Assembly: GCF_030684315.1 (NCBI RefSeq)
Contig: NC_081379.1
Coordinates: forward strand, 23,280,637 to 23,344,636
Direction of reading: 5' to 3'
Length of the DNA: 64,000 bases
Source: Stegostoma tigrinum
Taxonomy: Eukaryota
The notes below the pieces were generated by a model. It ran no database searches. It saw only the letters and a program-made list of their open reading frames with translations, and had not been told where the DNA came from. The position numbers and the translations under genes are program-made. Below, piece by piece: positions 1 through 11,984 of this stretch; position 1 is the first letter of the stretch; each line of letters opens with the position of its first letter.

Positions 1-1802
1 GACTCCTGAGTAACTATTCAACAGCCCTCATACTGGCGTCACACACCCCAATTACAATTCCCTCCAGACTACTTACACCCCTCAGACACTGACCTGAGCA
101 ACCCTGGGACGAAGTTGCAAACTCTGACCAGACCCAACCTGACTGGACCAGAACTCACCTCTGGGTCCCTGAATCCCTGCCACTCACTGGACCCAATTTC
201 ACCTACCCATCCTGATCTAAACATTACATCACTTAGCTGGCACCCTTTCCACCTTACGCCATGACATCCTACCCCACTTCCCTCAACATCCTACCCAGCT
301 GGCACCCTACATTTACCTGACCATGCCACCTCCCTCTTAAGCAGGCAGTCAACCCTCCTGGCCAAGGTTGCAATCGTTTTACATAATAACTGGTTCTCAC
401 TAGCTGTAAAAGTGGCTATCAGGACCCTTTTTAAATTTCAGAATACATTAGCTCACTGCTGGGGAAAAAAGACCATGGGTTGCCTTCTCCTGATAGTTCT
501 ACATTGTGAAAGAACTGTCAGAGGAAGTTGTGGAGGCTGCTACAATTACAACATTTAAAAAGCAGCTGGATGGGTGTGTGAATAGGAAGGATTCAGAGGG
601 ATAAACGCTGGCAAATGGGACTAGATTAATTCGGGATATCTGGTCAGCATAGACAAGTTGGACTAAAGGTTTGTTTCAATGTTGTATGGCTCTCTGCCTC
701 TATAACTGTCAGAATGGAAGTACAGCTCCACTTTTCTGAAGGACCTGAGTTTGGAATTTCGTCTCAGAAATGCTCAGTTTCTTTCTTTTGTAAGTGGCAA
801 TCTCAAAGATTGGAAAATCCAGCCCAAAACTTACAACTTCACCACACGCAGTAATTGTACAGTGTTTTCGAACTGCTTGGTGGTTGTGGCAAAGTTCTTG
901 GTAAATGTTGAAAGCAAGGTATTATCTTTAAAATACTTGTATCAAAGTCATTTTCAACTTAGTGATTTCCATTTTAAAATGATTTGACAGTACTTTTTCT
1001 AATGTAGCTGTTTGCTCTGATTTTGAAGTGCACAAGCATTGTAATTCTAAACTTCAAATTTAGTCGGACAATTTTTGAGCCAGCACCTTGTTGGCTGTAT
1101 AAAATGTCATGACTGCCCCTTAACAGGACTATATAGACTACATAATCACGAAAACAACAAAGGAATGATTTGAGAGCTTTTTCCCCATTGTTGATGATTG
1201 GAACACTTCACATTATTGACACAAAAATGCTTTAACAGCATTAAAGATGGCTTCAAATAAGTAAATTTGCAGAAGAGTAGTGGGAAGATCAGGAAAGACA
1301 ATTATGATAGCTGCAGTTGAAGAGATGGCACAGATGAAGTGGATTGCTTGTGTTATAGATTCTCTCTCTGTAGCAAAATTACCATATGATCCGTTTTCTC
1401 TTGGACGTGACTTTGAGTTTGAAATGCCTAAACAAAGAATCCCAAGAAACTTAATTGTTCCCTCTTTTTGTTTAATGTTTGGCTGGTAGTTGTTGTAGAT
1501 CTTGTATTAAAAAACACTTGAAAAATGGTTGGAGTTAAAATTGAAACCAATTTAAAAATTGCAAAATGTGTAGTTGACAGTGCCAAATGCTTTTATGATA
1601 AAGTAAACTTGGTTTCTAAACAAATCCAGAAAGCCCTTGCTGCTGGAAAACTGAAATATAAACCAGGAAATGCTGAAAATACTTGGCAAGTTACACAGCA
1701 TCTTTGAATAGAGCAAGGTTGCCATTTTAGGTCGATGGTCATCTGCCAATGATGCCTGAAATAATGGTACAGCCTTTAAAAATTTTCTCTTTCTCTTTTC
1801 AG

Positions 1803-1869
1803 ACAAGTTAGAAAATCTACATTGAATCCAAATGCTAAAGAGTTCAATCCCAAGACTTTCTATACTCCT
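1803..1869 (+). CDS. ATXN2: Ataxin-2 internal exon encoding the PAM2 (PABP-binding) motif
   Basis: Pyrimidine tract + AG (1801-1802), GTAAGT donor at 1870; reads (x)QVRKSTLNPNAKEFNPKTFYTP, the canonical PAM2 of ataxin-2. Upstream exons lie outside the window. Confidence 0.96.
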
Positions 1870-2531
1870 GTAAGTTGTCCTGCCTATTTGTTCTCCCCTG
1901 GTGGTAATATTGAAGAGAACTTGTGCTCAGATTCAAGGGAGGGAAGAATCCAGAGCCAACATCAGAAGGAAGTGAGGGGGTAAATGATAGCTATATAGTT
2001 AATTTCTTGCTGAAATGAGGATTCTCATAGGTCTTTTGTCTCTCTCAGAAATTTTCAGTAACATCCACAGGAGGGACATGGCTGTACATTCCAAATTGGG
2101 TCAGTTAATGGGGCACTATGATACTGACTTCAGAATACATAAGATGACTGATTATGGGAAATTTGCATTCTCTGAGGCACATTGGTTTCTCAGCTGCATG
2201 TTAGGGCAGTCCTTGCTCATTGAGTAACATGAAATATAGTTTCCCAACAAGGACGGAGACACTAGTCAAATCCAGATTTTGGTGATAAAATTAATAATTT
2301 TTGCAATTGTGATAAGAAAATTATTTTCTGTCAAGAGATTTACAATAGATGACTTTTACTCCACATTCCCCTTTTTCTTATTCTACAGTAATCAACTTCA
2401 GTGTTTCCATTTCTATTGTCGTCATTGCTTTAGTGACTGCCCGGAATTGCACTAATTTTAGACAATATTTAGAGAGGCTACACAGGGTTTAGGAACCTCA
2501 GTGATTATGTCTTAAAATAACCAGTTCTGGT

Positions 2532-3790
2532 TCCTACACTTCCTACAGGCAAAGGGGTTGGCCATGGGCCCAAGCTATGCCTGCCTCTTTGTAGGATACT
2601 TGGAACAATCCCTCTTCCAAAACTACACTGGCCCTATCCCCCACCTCTTCCTCTGTTACTTCAAAGATCATATAGGTGCTGCCTCGTGCTCCCACGAGGA
2701 GCTCGAACAGTTCATTCACTTCAGCAACACCTTCCACCCCAACCTTAAGTTCATCTGGACCATCTCTGATACCCCTCTGTCCTTCCTGGACCTCTCTGTC
2801 TCCATCTCTGATATCCACCTGGAAATCAATATCCATTTCAAGCCTATCGACTCCCACAGGTACCTTGAATACACCTCCTCTCACTCACCTTCCTACAAAA
2901 AGGCCTTCCCCTACTCCTCATTCCTTCACCTCCGCCACATCTGCTCCCGAGATAAGGCATTCCACTGCAACTTCTCCTCCACAGTGGTTGAGAACACCCT
3001 CAACTGTTTCTCGCATGTCCTGCAGCTCATCCCTCACACCCCCTCCCTGCAATAATAACCAAAACAGAAACCCCCTCGTCCTCACATACCACCCCACCAA
3101 TAACAGTACACTGTATCCACTATTCCCGTTGTGGCCTCCTCTACATTGGGGAAACCAAGCGGAGGTTTGGGGATCGCTTTGTGGAACACCTAAGCACAGT
3201 TCGCAACAAACAACTACACCTCCCAGTCATGAACCATATCAACTCCCCCTCCCACTCCTTGGACGATATGTCCATCCTGGGCCTCCTGCATTGCCACAAT
3301 GATGCCACTGGAAGGCTGCAGGAATAGCATCTCATTTCGCTTAGGAGCCCTGCAGCCCAAGGGTATCAATGTGAACTTCACAAGCTTCAAAATCTCCCCT
3401 CCCCCCGACCACATCATAATACCAGCCCAGCTAGTCCCCACCTCCCTAACCATTCCTCCCACCTCAAGCCCCACCCCCATCTCCTACTCACTAACCTCAT
3501 CCCGCCTCCTTGACCTGTCCTCCCTGGACCGACCTATTTTCCCCCCCTCCCTAACTCCCCACCTACATTCACCTTTCCTGGCTCCAATGCTGCCTCTGAC
3601 CTGTCTCGTTCTGCCTACTTCTCCTTTTATCCATCTTCTATCTGCATCCCCTGCTGTCCCTATTTATTTCAGAATTCCCTTCCCTTCCCCTCCCCCATTT
3701 CTGAAGAAGAGTCTCGAGCTGAAATGTCAGCTTTCCTGCTCCTCTACTGCTAGGCCTGCTGTGTTCATCTAGCTCTACACCGTATTATCT
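2532..3790 (+). mobile_element. Penelope-like retroelement, 5'-truncated and internally deleted
   Basis: RT C-terminus (AMGPSYACLFVGY...FLDLSVSI...SSHSPS), GIY-YIG remnant CGLLYIGETKRRFGDRFVEHL (~3130-3190), pyrimidine-rich tail; 10-bp TSD CAGTTCTGGT at 2522-2531 and 3791-3800. Confidence 0.88.
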
Positions 3791-4129
3791 CAGTTCTGGT
3801 CTCTGTTTGCTTTACTTAAACAGTAGATTGGATTGGTTATTGTAACCATTTGTTTCATTAGTTTGTGGCTTCTGTGGTACAGTGCATTTTCTGTCAGTTT
3901 GCAGTTGAAATATTAATTTGTCATTGTAAAGAACAATTTTGTTTGAACTGTACTGGGATAGAAAGCTTTTTGCTGAAACCTTTCCTTGAATTTCAATGAG
4001 TTGCTGATCTTATCTAATGACCTTGCTCTCCAGACCTGTCTTTTCTATCAAGCAAGATGTCAGCTTCGATTGTTTACCATTAAGATTAGGTGCATTCGGG
4101 ACTCTGTAGACCTATTTTCTGTTAAACAG

Positions 4130-4828
4130 ACCATAAAACATAGGAGCACATGTAGGCTATTTGGCCATTTGAGCCTGTTCTGCTGGTAGTAATATCATGG
4201 CTGATCTGCTAATTTAAAGTCCACTCTCCTGTCTTATCCTGATAACCTTTGATACCCTTACTAATGAAAAAAATTGTCTCATCCTTGAATGTCCTTAACT
4301 CTATGGTAAAGCATTCCACAGATTTGCAAAGCTGAGAAGGGCAGCTTTTCATAATCTCTCTATTTGACGGGTAGTCCCTAACTCTAAGACTACATCCTCA
4401 GGTTCTAGGATTTTCTTAAAAGGAGCAATTAAATAAGATGGGCCTGTACTCATTCAAATTTAGAAGGATGAGAGGAGCCGTTACTAAAATATTTTAGATT
4501 CTTGGGGGAATTGACAAGGTAATACGATGTTTTCCCCTGGGAGAATCTAGGATTAGAGGACGTAATCTTAGAATAAGGGATTGTCCAGTTTAGACAGAGA
4601 TGAGATGAAACCTCTGAGGGGATGAATCTGTGGAATTCTATTTCACAGAGAAGTTAGGAGGCTGGGTTGTTAAGTGCATGCAAGACTGAGATACAGATTT
4701 CTTACTTAGTAAAGAAGTCAGGGGTTATGCAGAAATGACAGGAAAGTGGAGTTGGGGGTAATCAAATTAGCCATGATCTCAGTGGCAGGGCAGACTTGGT
4801 AGTCTGAATGGCTTATGTCTACTTCCTT
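4130..4828. mobile_element. Two oppositely oriented CR1 3' ends
   Basis: ~4130-4415 minus-strand CR1 3' end followed directly by a plus-strand CR1 3' end ~4425-4828. Confidence 0.65.
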
Positions 4829-5283
4829 ATCTCATCCCCTCATAGAATAGGGGATAGTGAGGGACTGGTGTGGCAAATGGGACTGTAGGTGGGAGGCAGT
4901 GAGGAGTCAGGAGCAGGCCAGTGGCAGGAGACAGTGGTGAAGATTTCGTAGCAGGTTGATATCTAGGCAGCGGCAACAGTGGGGAGCAGGGTGGAAGCAG
5001 GAAATGGTGAGATGTTGGTGAGTGGGAGGCAACAAAGGGTTTGGGAGCAGTCGGTGAAGTTGTATCAATCGTATAGTAAACAAGGGCATCCAACTGAAGT
5101 TAGTGGCACCATGAATATAGCTGTTGATGGGTTTCATACTGATTTCCTGTTCCACTTTGGCAGGAAGTAGTGACAGTATTGTGGTAAAGATACTATATAA
5201 GGCTATGTTGCTATTAAAGATTACAGTAAAATTTCGTCCATTTCTGCAAGTGGATACTTGAATTGCTCTTAAAATTTTAACAG

Positions 5284-5436
5284 CCGAAGCCAACAACCAC
5301 ACCAACACCGCCACGTCCTCAAGCCCAACCTAGCCCATCTATTGTGGTCCAGCAGCATCCTCCAACGGTGTACAATCAGCCAATGTGTTATGCACAGAAT
5401 GTGGTATACCCAGTTCCAGTTAGCCCAGGAGTACAG
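5284..5436 (+). CDS. ATXN2: Ataxin-2 internal exon
   Basis: CAG acceptor, GTAAC donor, 153 nt, phase 0/0; PKPTTTPTPPRPQAQPSPSIVVQQHPPTVYNQPMCYAQNVVYPVPVSPGVQ resembles human ATXN2. Confidence 0.96.
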
Positions 5437-5550
5437 GTAACCAGCCTGAAATCTCTCTTTGTGTGGTTTTAAAGCTAAACAGGGTAAATTGTTTATGTAA
5501 TGCTGTCTTGTTTAATAATGGATGGGTATAATGTGATAGGCAACAAATCT

Positions 5551-5917
5551 GAGATAGTAAGAACTGCAGATGCTGCAGCCAGAGACAAGACAGCGTGGAG
5601 CTCGAGGAACACAGCAGGCTGGGCAGCATCAGAGCAGCGGGCAAGTTGACGTTTCGGGTTAGGACCCTTCTTCAGAAATAGGGAGGGGGAAGGTAGCTGA
5701 GAAATAGAGACGGAGAGGAGAGGAAAGTTGGTGCTGGGGAAGGCAGGTAGGATGGTGCCTGCCTTCCTCAGCTCCAACCCTCTACTCTCTCTTTATTTTC
5801 CAGTTCGCTTCTCTCCTCTCATTTCTGAGAAAGGGTCCCAACCCGAAACATCAACTTGCCCGCTGCTCTGATGCTGCCCAGCCTGCTTTGCTTTTTTACT
5901 GCAGTTCCACACTGTAT
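5551..5917. repeat. Fold-back (palindromic) Penelope-terminus element
   Basis: Arms 5614-5660 and 5840-5886 are reverse complements at 46/47 nt; inner GGAAGGCAGG (5738-5747) and CCTGCCTTCC (5758-5767) close a 10-nt loop; arms match the tail of the element at 2532-3790. Confidence 0.85.
5648..5675 (-). ncRNA. Minimal type-I hammerhead ribozyme core within a Penelope terminus
   Basis: Minus strand CUGAAGA-A-GGGU(CCUA)ACCC-GAAA-C-GUC: all core nucleotides, 4-bp stem II, palindromic ACGU stem III; stem I weak. Confidence 0.55.
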
Positions 5918-6102
5918 ACGCAATGATTGCTGTTTTTGCCAGTGATGCTCACATCCTATGAACCATTGAGCTTCATGAATCTACTCCAGAAACAATATTG
6001 ATGCTAACTCTAATGTTTATAACTTCTAAAGTCTTGCTGAGTTGCATAAATTTAATTTTCACTGTCCAGACTAACAACCATTACTGTTTCTTCCAACTCT
6101 AG

Positions 6103-6169
6103 ACTACGCACATGTATCATGTTCCTATGACTCCAATGCCAATCAACCAAGCCAAGTCATATAGAGCAG
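6103..6169 (+). CDS. ATXN2: Ataxin-2 internal exon (alternative donor extends it to 6175, adding GK)
   Basis: TAG acceptor; TTHMYHVPMTPMPINQAKSYRA; tandem donors G|GTAAAG|GTGAG, both phase-compatible with the next exon. Confidence 0.93.
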
Positions 6170-8622
6170 GTAAAGGTGAGAGAATGGGGTTTTGTCTTGT
6201 ATGATGTATGATTTCTTTTTTTATGAGGGATTTATGTAGGATGATATCTTAAGTAGTGTTCAGTGTATCTGTAATTGACATTTCAGTTTTGACTTTGGTA
6301 TCATTTAAAATCACTTTTATTTCTTCCATGTTTTGGAAGTTGGTATGCTAATCAGCAACATGTGCTTTAAGGAATTTAAATTGTCATAATGGTATAAGTC
6401 AGTTAGTTGTCAAGTACATGAAATGATCTTTGAAAAGTCTGATGGAGAAAATATTCCATATGTGGCTCTTTGACAAGGCTGGAGTCTAGCCTATTCTCCC
6501 TCCCACCTGATTTTTGCTATTTATAATCAATTGATTGTAGAGATTCATTGGTGTCCTGCCACTAATGGCGTGGCTGATAATCACTACTGCATATTGTGGA
6601 TATCTTGGTGTTAGTGCAGTTTGTCTGCTGTTAGCAATTTTACAGCAAACGGTCTTCTGAGGAAGAGTGATCATAATACTGTTGAATTTGAAACTTTTGA
6701 AACAGAAGAGTCTGTTTCCATGCTGTATGAATCTATGACTCTATTTGGTATAAGTATGTTCTCTACTATTAGGGGGAATTCCAGAATTTTGACCCAGCAA
6801 CAGTGATAGAACAGGGTAATGTTTCTACGTCAGGTTGGTGAATGGCTGGCAGGGAAATTTGCAGCTGGTGACATTTTTATGCGTCTGCAGCCATGACCTT
6901 TCTAGAGCAGGGCAGAAATGGCTAGCACGAGGGGTCATAGTTTTAAGCTGGTTGGAGGAAAGTATAGAGGGGATGTCAGAGGCGGGTTCTTTACACAGAC
7001 AGTTGTGAGAGCATGGAATGCATTGCCAGCAGCAGTTGTGGAAGCAAGGTCATTGGGGTCATTTAAGAAACTGCTGGACATGCATATGGTCACAGCCGAA
7101 TACAAAGGCTTGAGAAGCATGAATTTTAAAGTCGATTGATAAATTAAATGCAAGCTATAACTGTGCATGTAAAGAAATAATTGAGTAATCTCAATGAACA
7201 TATATTTCTCTGGGGATAAAACTGTAAGGGAATGTGTTCCTACAATGATAAAACGAAGAATTTATAAATAGAATTGGATTAAAAGAGGAACCTCTCAAAT
7301 GTATATTGTGATTTATGGAGAGGAAAATGGACAGCATTCAAGAGGACTTAATGCTGTTAGAATGGGTGGGTATATCACAGATGAGATATACTGTAGTCAT
7401 GTAGAGTAACACATTTTGATAGCGACAAATGCCAATATAAATGAAAGGGTGTAGCTTTAAAGGGGCAGCACAAAGACAGATCTAGAAATATGTATACACA
7501 AATCATTGACGGTGGCAAGCTATGTGTAAAAGTTTTTTTCTATTTTAAAAATAAAAAGACACACGTGATCCTGGGTCTTATAAATATGTGACAAGTGCAA
7601 AAACAAACCTGTTACAATGAACATCTGAGACACTGATATGGTCTCGACTGGAATATTGTGTCCAATTACAGATAATCTACTTTGAAAAGTACCTGAAGAC
7701 TTGAGAATAAAATCAAGATTTATTTGCGTAATGATTCAGGGTTGAAGGACTTTGGTTATGAAGATTGGTAATTTGAAAATAAGAGTGTATCATTCTTAAT
7801 TGCTGATGGTTTAAAACTTCAGATCTATTTTCCAAAGATTGTGCATTTCTTTTATAATTATTACGCATTCGTATCACATGACAGTAACCAGATTTCTGAA
7901 GTTTAGTAAAATTGAAATTCTGTTGAACAGGTTTGATATTTAAATGGGTTTTGATGCACTTGTGCATAAATCACAGTCACGTACTGAAAGGAATTGGGAA
8001 GGGATATGGCACATGCTGTTCTTACAGGGGACTTGCTGCTTAAGAGTAAGGAAGCAATATACTGCTTTTGTGAGACCACACGTCAGGTATTGTGTACTGT
8101 TTTGGACTCCATCCCTAATAGAGGTATATAGCTATCTTAGAGGGAATGTTATAAAGGTGTTCTACATTGATACCAGTGTTGAAAGGGTCAACCTATGAGG
8201 AGAGATGAAGTAGAATGGACTTCTTAACTGAAGTTTAGCTGAATGAGAGCTCATTGAAATTTATAAAATCTTTCAGCGACTTGATTGGTTAAATTCTAAG
8301 TGGCTGTTTCTCCTGTCTTGATCTAGAAAGACAAGCTATAGTTTAAGAGTAATGAATCAGCCATTTAAAATTGAGATGAAAATTTTTTCACCTGTCCTTA
8401 GATGGATATGTGCACCTTGACTTGTTTAGTGTTGAGATAAATGATTTTTTTTACTGATGCTCAGCATGTATCTTTTTTAGAAATGATCCATCCTTATTTA
8501 GCTGATCGTTATGCAATTTAATTGTTTGTGTTGACTGTTAGATTATCATTTGATCTATTTTCCTTACGCGGTTTTTGATTAGATGTTGAAGATCACTGTA
8601 ATCTCATTAATTTTTTTTCCAG

Positions 8623-8810
8623 TACCAACCATGCCGCAACAGCGACCAGATCAGCACCACCCTCAGGGCACACCGACTATAATGCATCCAGTTAGTGCAG
8701 CTGGCCAGATTGTTTCGACTGCTCCAGCTTATTCACAATATGTTACTTATAACCCTCAACAGTTTCCTAACCAACCCCTTGTACAGTCTGTAGCACATTA
8801 TCAATCACAG
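8623..8810 (+). CDS. ATXN2: Ataxin-2 internal exon
   Basis: T-tract + CAG acceptor, GTAAAT donor, 188 nt; (V)PTMPQQRPDQHHPQG...YNPQQFPNQPLVQSVAHYQSQ. Confidence 0.96.
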
Positions 8811-9140
8811 GTAAATTTCCCTCAAAGATACTTTTTGAGTTTAACTTACAATGTTCAAATAGTTCTTTGCTAAACTAGCACTGCAAGTTACAGTTAAATG
8901 CTGCCAGATTTTATTAGACTTGTAATGACTAGAGAACATTGTGTTGCATTTATGTTATAAATTCAATGCATTGTCTATTGATTTGTACTTGCTATGGTAG
9001 TTGATTTCTTGAGATTTACAGTACATCAACTCCATTGTTAAAATATGTAAGCAATACACTGGACACCTGTCCGGTGGAAACATTGTTATTTTATCCTTGT
9101 GCGTAAACTTAATTTTACTGATAATAGTTTCATTCTGCAG

Positions 9141-9270
9141 CCTCAGATGTACAGCCAAGTAATGCAGAGTAATGCTCGAATGATGGCACCACCCGGTCAT
9201 GGGCAACCAGGAATGGTCCCTTCGTCTACAGCACAATTTCCTGCTGCTGAACAGACACATGCTATGTATG
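9141..9270 (+). CDS. ATXN2: Ataxin-2 internal exon
   Basis: CTGCAG acceptor, GTAAGC donor, 130 nt; PQMYSQVMQSNARMMAPPGHGQPGMVPSSTAQFPAAEQTHAMY. Confidence 0.95.
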
Positions 9271-9739
9271 GTAAGCCATCAAGGCAGTTTTTAACTTCTG
9301 GTGTTTATTGGTTAAAATAATAACTGTGCTTGCATTTCTTGGAAAATTTACATCATAGAAGCATGTATAGTATTGTGGAATGTTGGCCTTATCTCAAGAA
9401 GGTGGAAAACAAAAGTGAAAACAGACTTCAGTGTGGGAGTAGGCTATTCATCCCTCAAGGTTTTTCACGCAAGCAAGTGTGAAAGCAAGATTACAGTTGT
9501 GAAAAACCCCAAGTTATACTCTGTCTGGTTTTGAACACCGAACCTCATGAAAGATGTATTGGTTTGTATTGGGGATGCAGCATAGATTGTGGGGAATGAT
9601 ATGGTGTTTAGTAGTGATGATGTTGTTATAGTCCACTTGAGTTCATGTTCGTTGCAAATACTTGTTTTTGCTTCAAGCACAAATGATATAAAACAAGTTT
9701 TTAGCTAATTGTGTTGGCTATAATATGTTTGTAATGAAT

Positions 9740-10420
9740 AAATGATTTATTGTCACTTGTGTTCTATAATGAGCAACATAGTAAAACACAGTGAAAAGCT
9801 TCAACTGTCAACACAATCCATGCTGTTTTGAATAGTTTAAGACTAAAAAGATATCTCTGACTCCAGTATCGGCAGTTCTTACGATCTCTCACTGAAAGAG
9901 TCCATCTTCATTCCATCACCTCTGCCATGTGTCCTGAATCCTGAACAGCTGACCACTAACTCCTGAGCATCCACCCCCTGCACCATACCTGCTGTCAGAA
10001 TCGCCACACTTTGATGTACCATCAATTTGTGGTAGATCCACCTCGCCAACAGGCTACCGATGCCAGGCCCCGTGTTTGGACCCACAGCCTGCAAAAGGGG
10101 GCCCCGGCTCCAGGTCTACCACAGCCAGGAGTTCTTGGCTCTGCTGCAGCCTCACCAATGACCGGGAGCCCTTGGCCTGGGCCTACCACATCTAGAAATC
10201 CCTGGCTGTGCTGCCAGGCCAGGCTGTCACTTTGCCAAGAGTCCTGCTCGTGCTACCCTCCTCTCCAATGTTCTCCTCTCCCACCACCAACAGATAGATG
10301 AAAAAGATGAAGAAAACGAGGACTAAAAGGGTAAAGAAGGAAGGGAGGAAGCATTGTCTGGAGCATACAGGCCCAGAAACCCGAACACTGCCTAACTTGC
10401 TGTAAACGCTATCTCCGGAA
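9740..10420 (-). mobile_element. Probable non-autonomous LINE-tailed element
   Basis: Minus-strand tail AAGCTTTTCACTGTG...GTGACAATAAA resembling Rex1/L2-type 3' ends; GC-rich body with degenerate ~30-nt repeats. Confidence 0.4.
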
Positions 10421-10939
10421 GATTGAATCGCAGTCCTCTGTGAAAAGTCTCTCCCTTTCAGCGTCATTGGTGCAGATAATACTTTTACAACATATGAATC
10501 TTTAGATGCTACTGTGAAGAAGTAATTGTAAATCATGGTTATAATGTACTGAACGCTATATACTGCAAGCACTTCATGATATTGAATACTTTGAATATGT
10601 TTATTACTGAAACAAGAATAATCTGGCTTAGCAGAAAGATTCAGAAATAATGGGTCAGTGTTGAATTTGTTACTACAGCATTAAGTTGCAGTTGTAAAAA
10701 TAAATGGTGTGTACAGAGAAATCTAGTCATGCCCACTTGGACTTGGGTTTTGCAGTACTTTGTAAGCTAAGAGTACGCATATAGTATTTTTTTCTAACTG
10801 TATTCTATTTCTTAGGAAGGTTAGATGCTATGTAAAGGATTCAAGAACGGTCATTGTGCGTGATTCTAGGTTTTTAAACATCTAACTAAAGAGAAATTAT
10901 GAAAACAAAATATGGAAAAATTACATCAAAGGTAAAGAT

Positions 10940-11835
10940 GTAGCCAGGGCCAGCAATCTGGAAATTGTGGATCTGATAAATTTGTGGCTCTGACACAAAA
11001 CATCAGAAGAGCCACAAATGTAAGTGGGAAGAAACTGATCGGTGGAGAAGAAAGGATCAAAATAGCAAGAAACAAGTTCATTGGGACAGGAACAGACTGA
11101 AAATGTCTGCTGGAACAGTCCAGTCAGTGGATTTTGGGAAGAGGGTAAAAGTGTCAGTTTGGGGTCTTTAAGGTTAGAAGTTGTGGATGTCAGTGTCAGT
11201 CCTGGAAATGATAGCTTAGAGTTCAGTGGTGAGGTCATGATCCGAGTGAGATAAAAAGAAAAATCCAAGAAGTGACATTCAGGCTCTGAGGGTTGAGGTT
11301 AGCATGCTTTTTTGGTGTGTGCAGCACTTCTTGTTCCAGTCCTCCTTGGGTGGTCCACCACCTATAACACTCTCTGAAGCAGTGATGATGCCAGCGATGC
11401 TTTGCTTCCTATAGTCATCTTTCTTACTTTCCTGTCCATCTCTCTTCCCTTCTTTGACTTCACTCTTTCCATTTCTGGTCTTGGGTGCTACACTACAGAT
11501 TATCCGACTCCTGCAATTACCTTGATTGCACTTCCTCTCTCACTGCTTCTTGCAAAGGCTGCATTCATTCTCCCAGTTACTGTTTGTGTCACACCTACTT
11601 TGCACCTCACTGTGTCATTTGCTATTATTTAACTCTCATTGTCTTTTCCTCTGGGCACCCTCAGCATCTAGTCTGCTCACTCCCCCTCCCCTTTTGTCAA
11701 CTGCATAGAAAATGTTATTTTCCAGGTGCCTTGAGTTCCAGTGTGGAGTATTTTGACAAAAATGTTAACTGTTTCTCTCTGCAACTGCTGCCCGACCTGG
11801 TGATTTTCTGCAGCGTTTTCTGCTTTTATTTCTAG
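10940..11835. mobile_element. Decayed Penelope element with inverted 5' part, abutting an ATXN2 exon
   Basis: ~10940-11310 minus strand gives the RT remnant SVCSCPNELVSCYFDPFFS...LPTYI; ~11330-11835 plus strand gives downstream RT remnants and the family tail. Confidence 0.6.
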
Positions 11836-11984
11836 TGTCTCCAGGCCCAATTCATCAGCAGTTTGCACCCCACCCAACTGCTACCCTACATCCACATGCT
11901 CCACACCCACAGCCATCTGCAACCCCAACTGGACAGCAACAAGGGCAGCATGGTGGCAGTCATCCAGCACAGAGCCCAGTCCAG
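11836..11984 (+). CDS. ATXN2: Ataxin-2 internal exon
   Basis: TTTATTTCTAG acceptor, GTAAGG donor, 149 nt; (V)SPGPIHQQFAPHPTATLHPHAPHPQPSATPTGQQQGQHGGSHPAQSPVQ. Confidence 0.95.

Noticed and set aside
1-460. C-rich degenerate repeat region at the window start
   Set aside because: Probably part of a truncated repeat element, but no family or structure could be supported.
2543-3772. Long overlapping ORFs as a novel gene
   Set aside because: Explained by a decayed Penelope element; the catalytic YIDD-type motif reads YFKD and the frames are broken.
9271-11835. Search for the short alternative ATXN2 exon known in mammals (ACPKLPYNKETSPSFYFA-like)
   Set aside because: No matching exon was visible by eye; the flanking exons join in frame without it.
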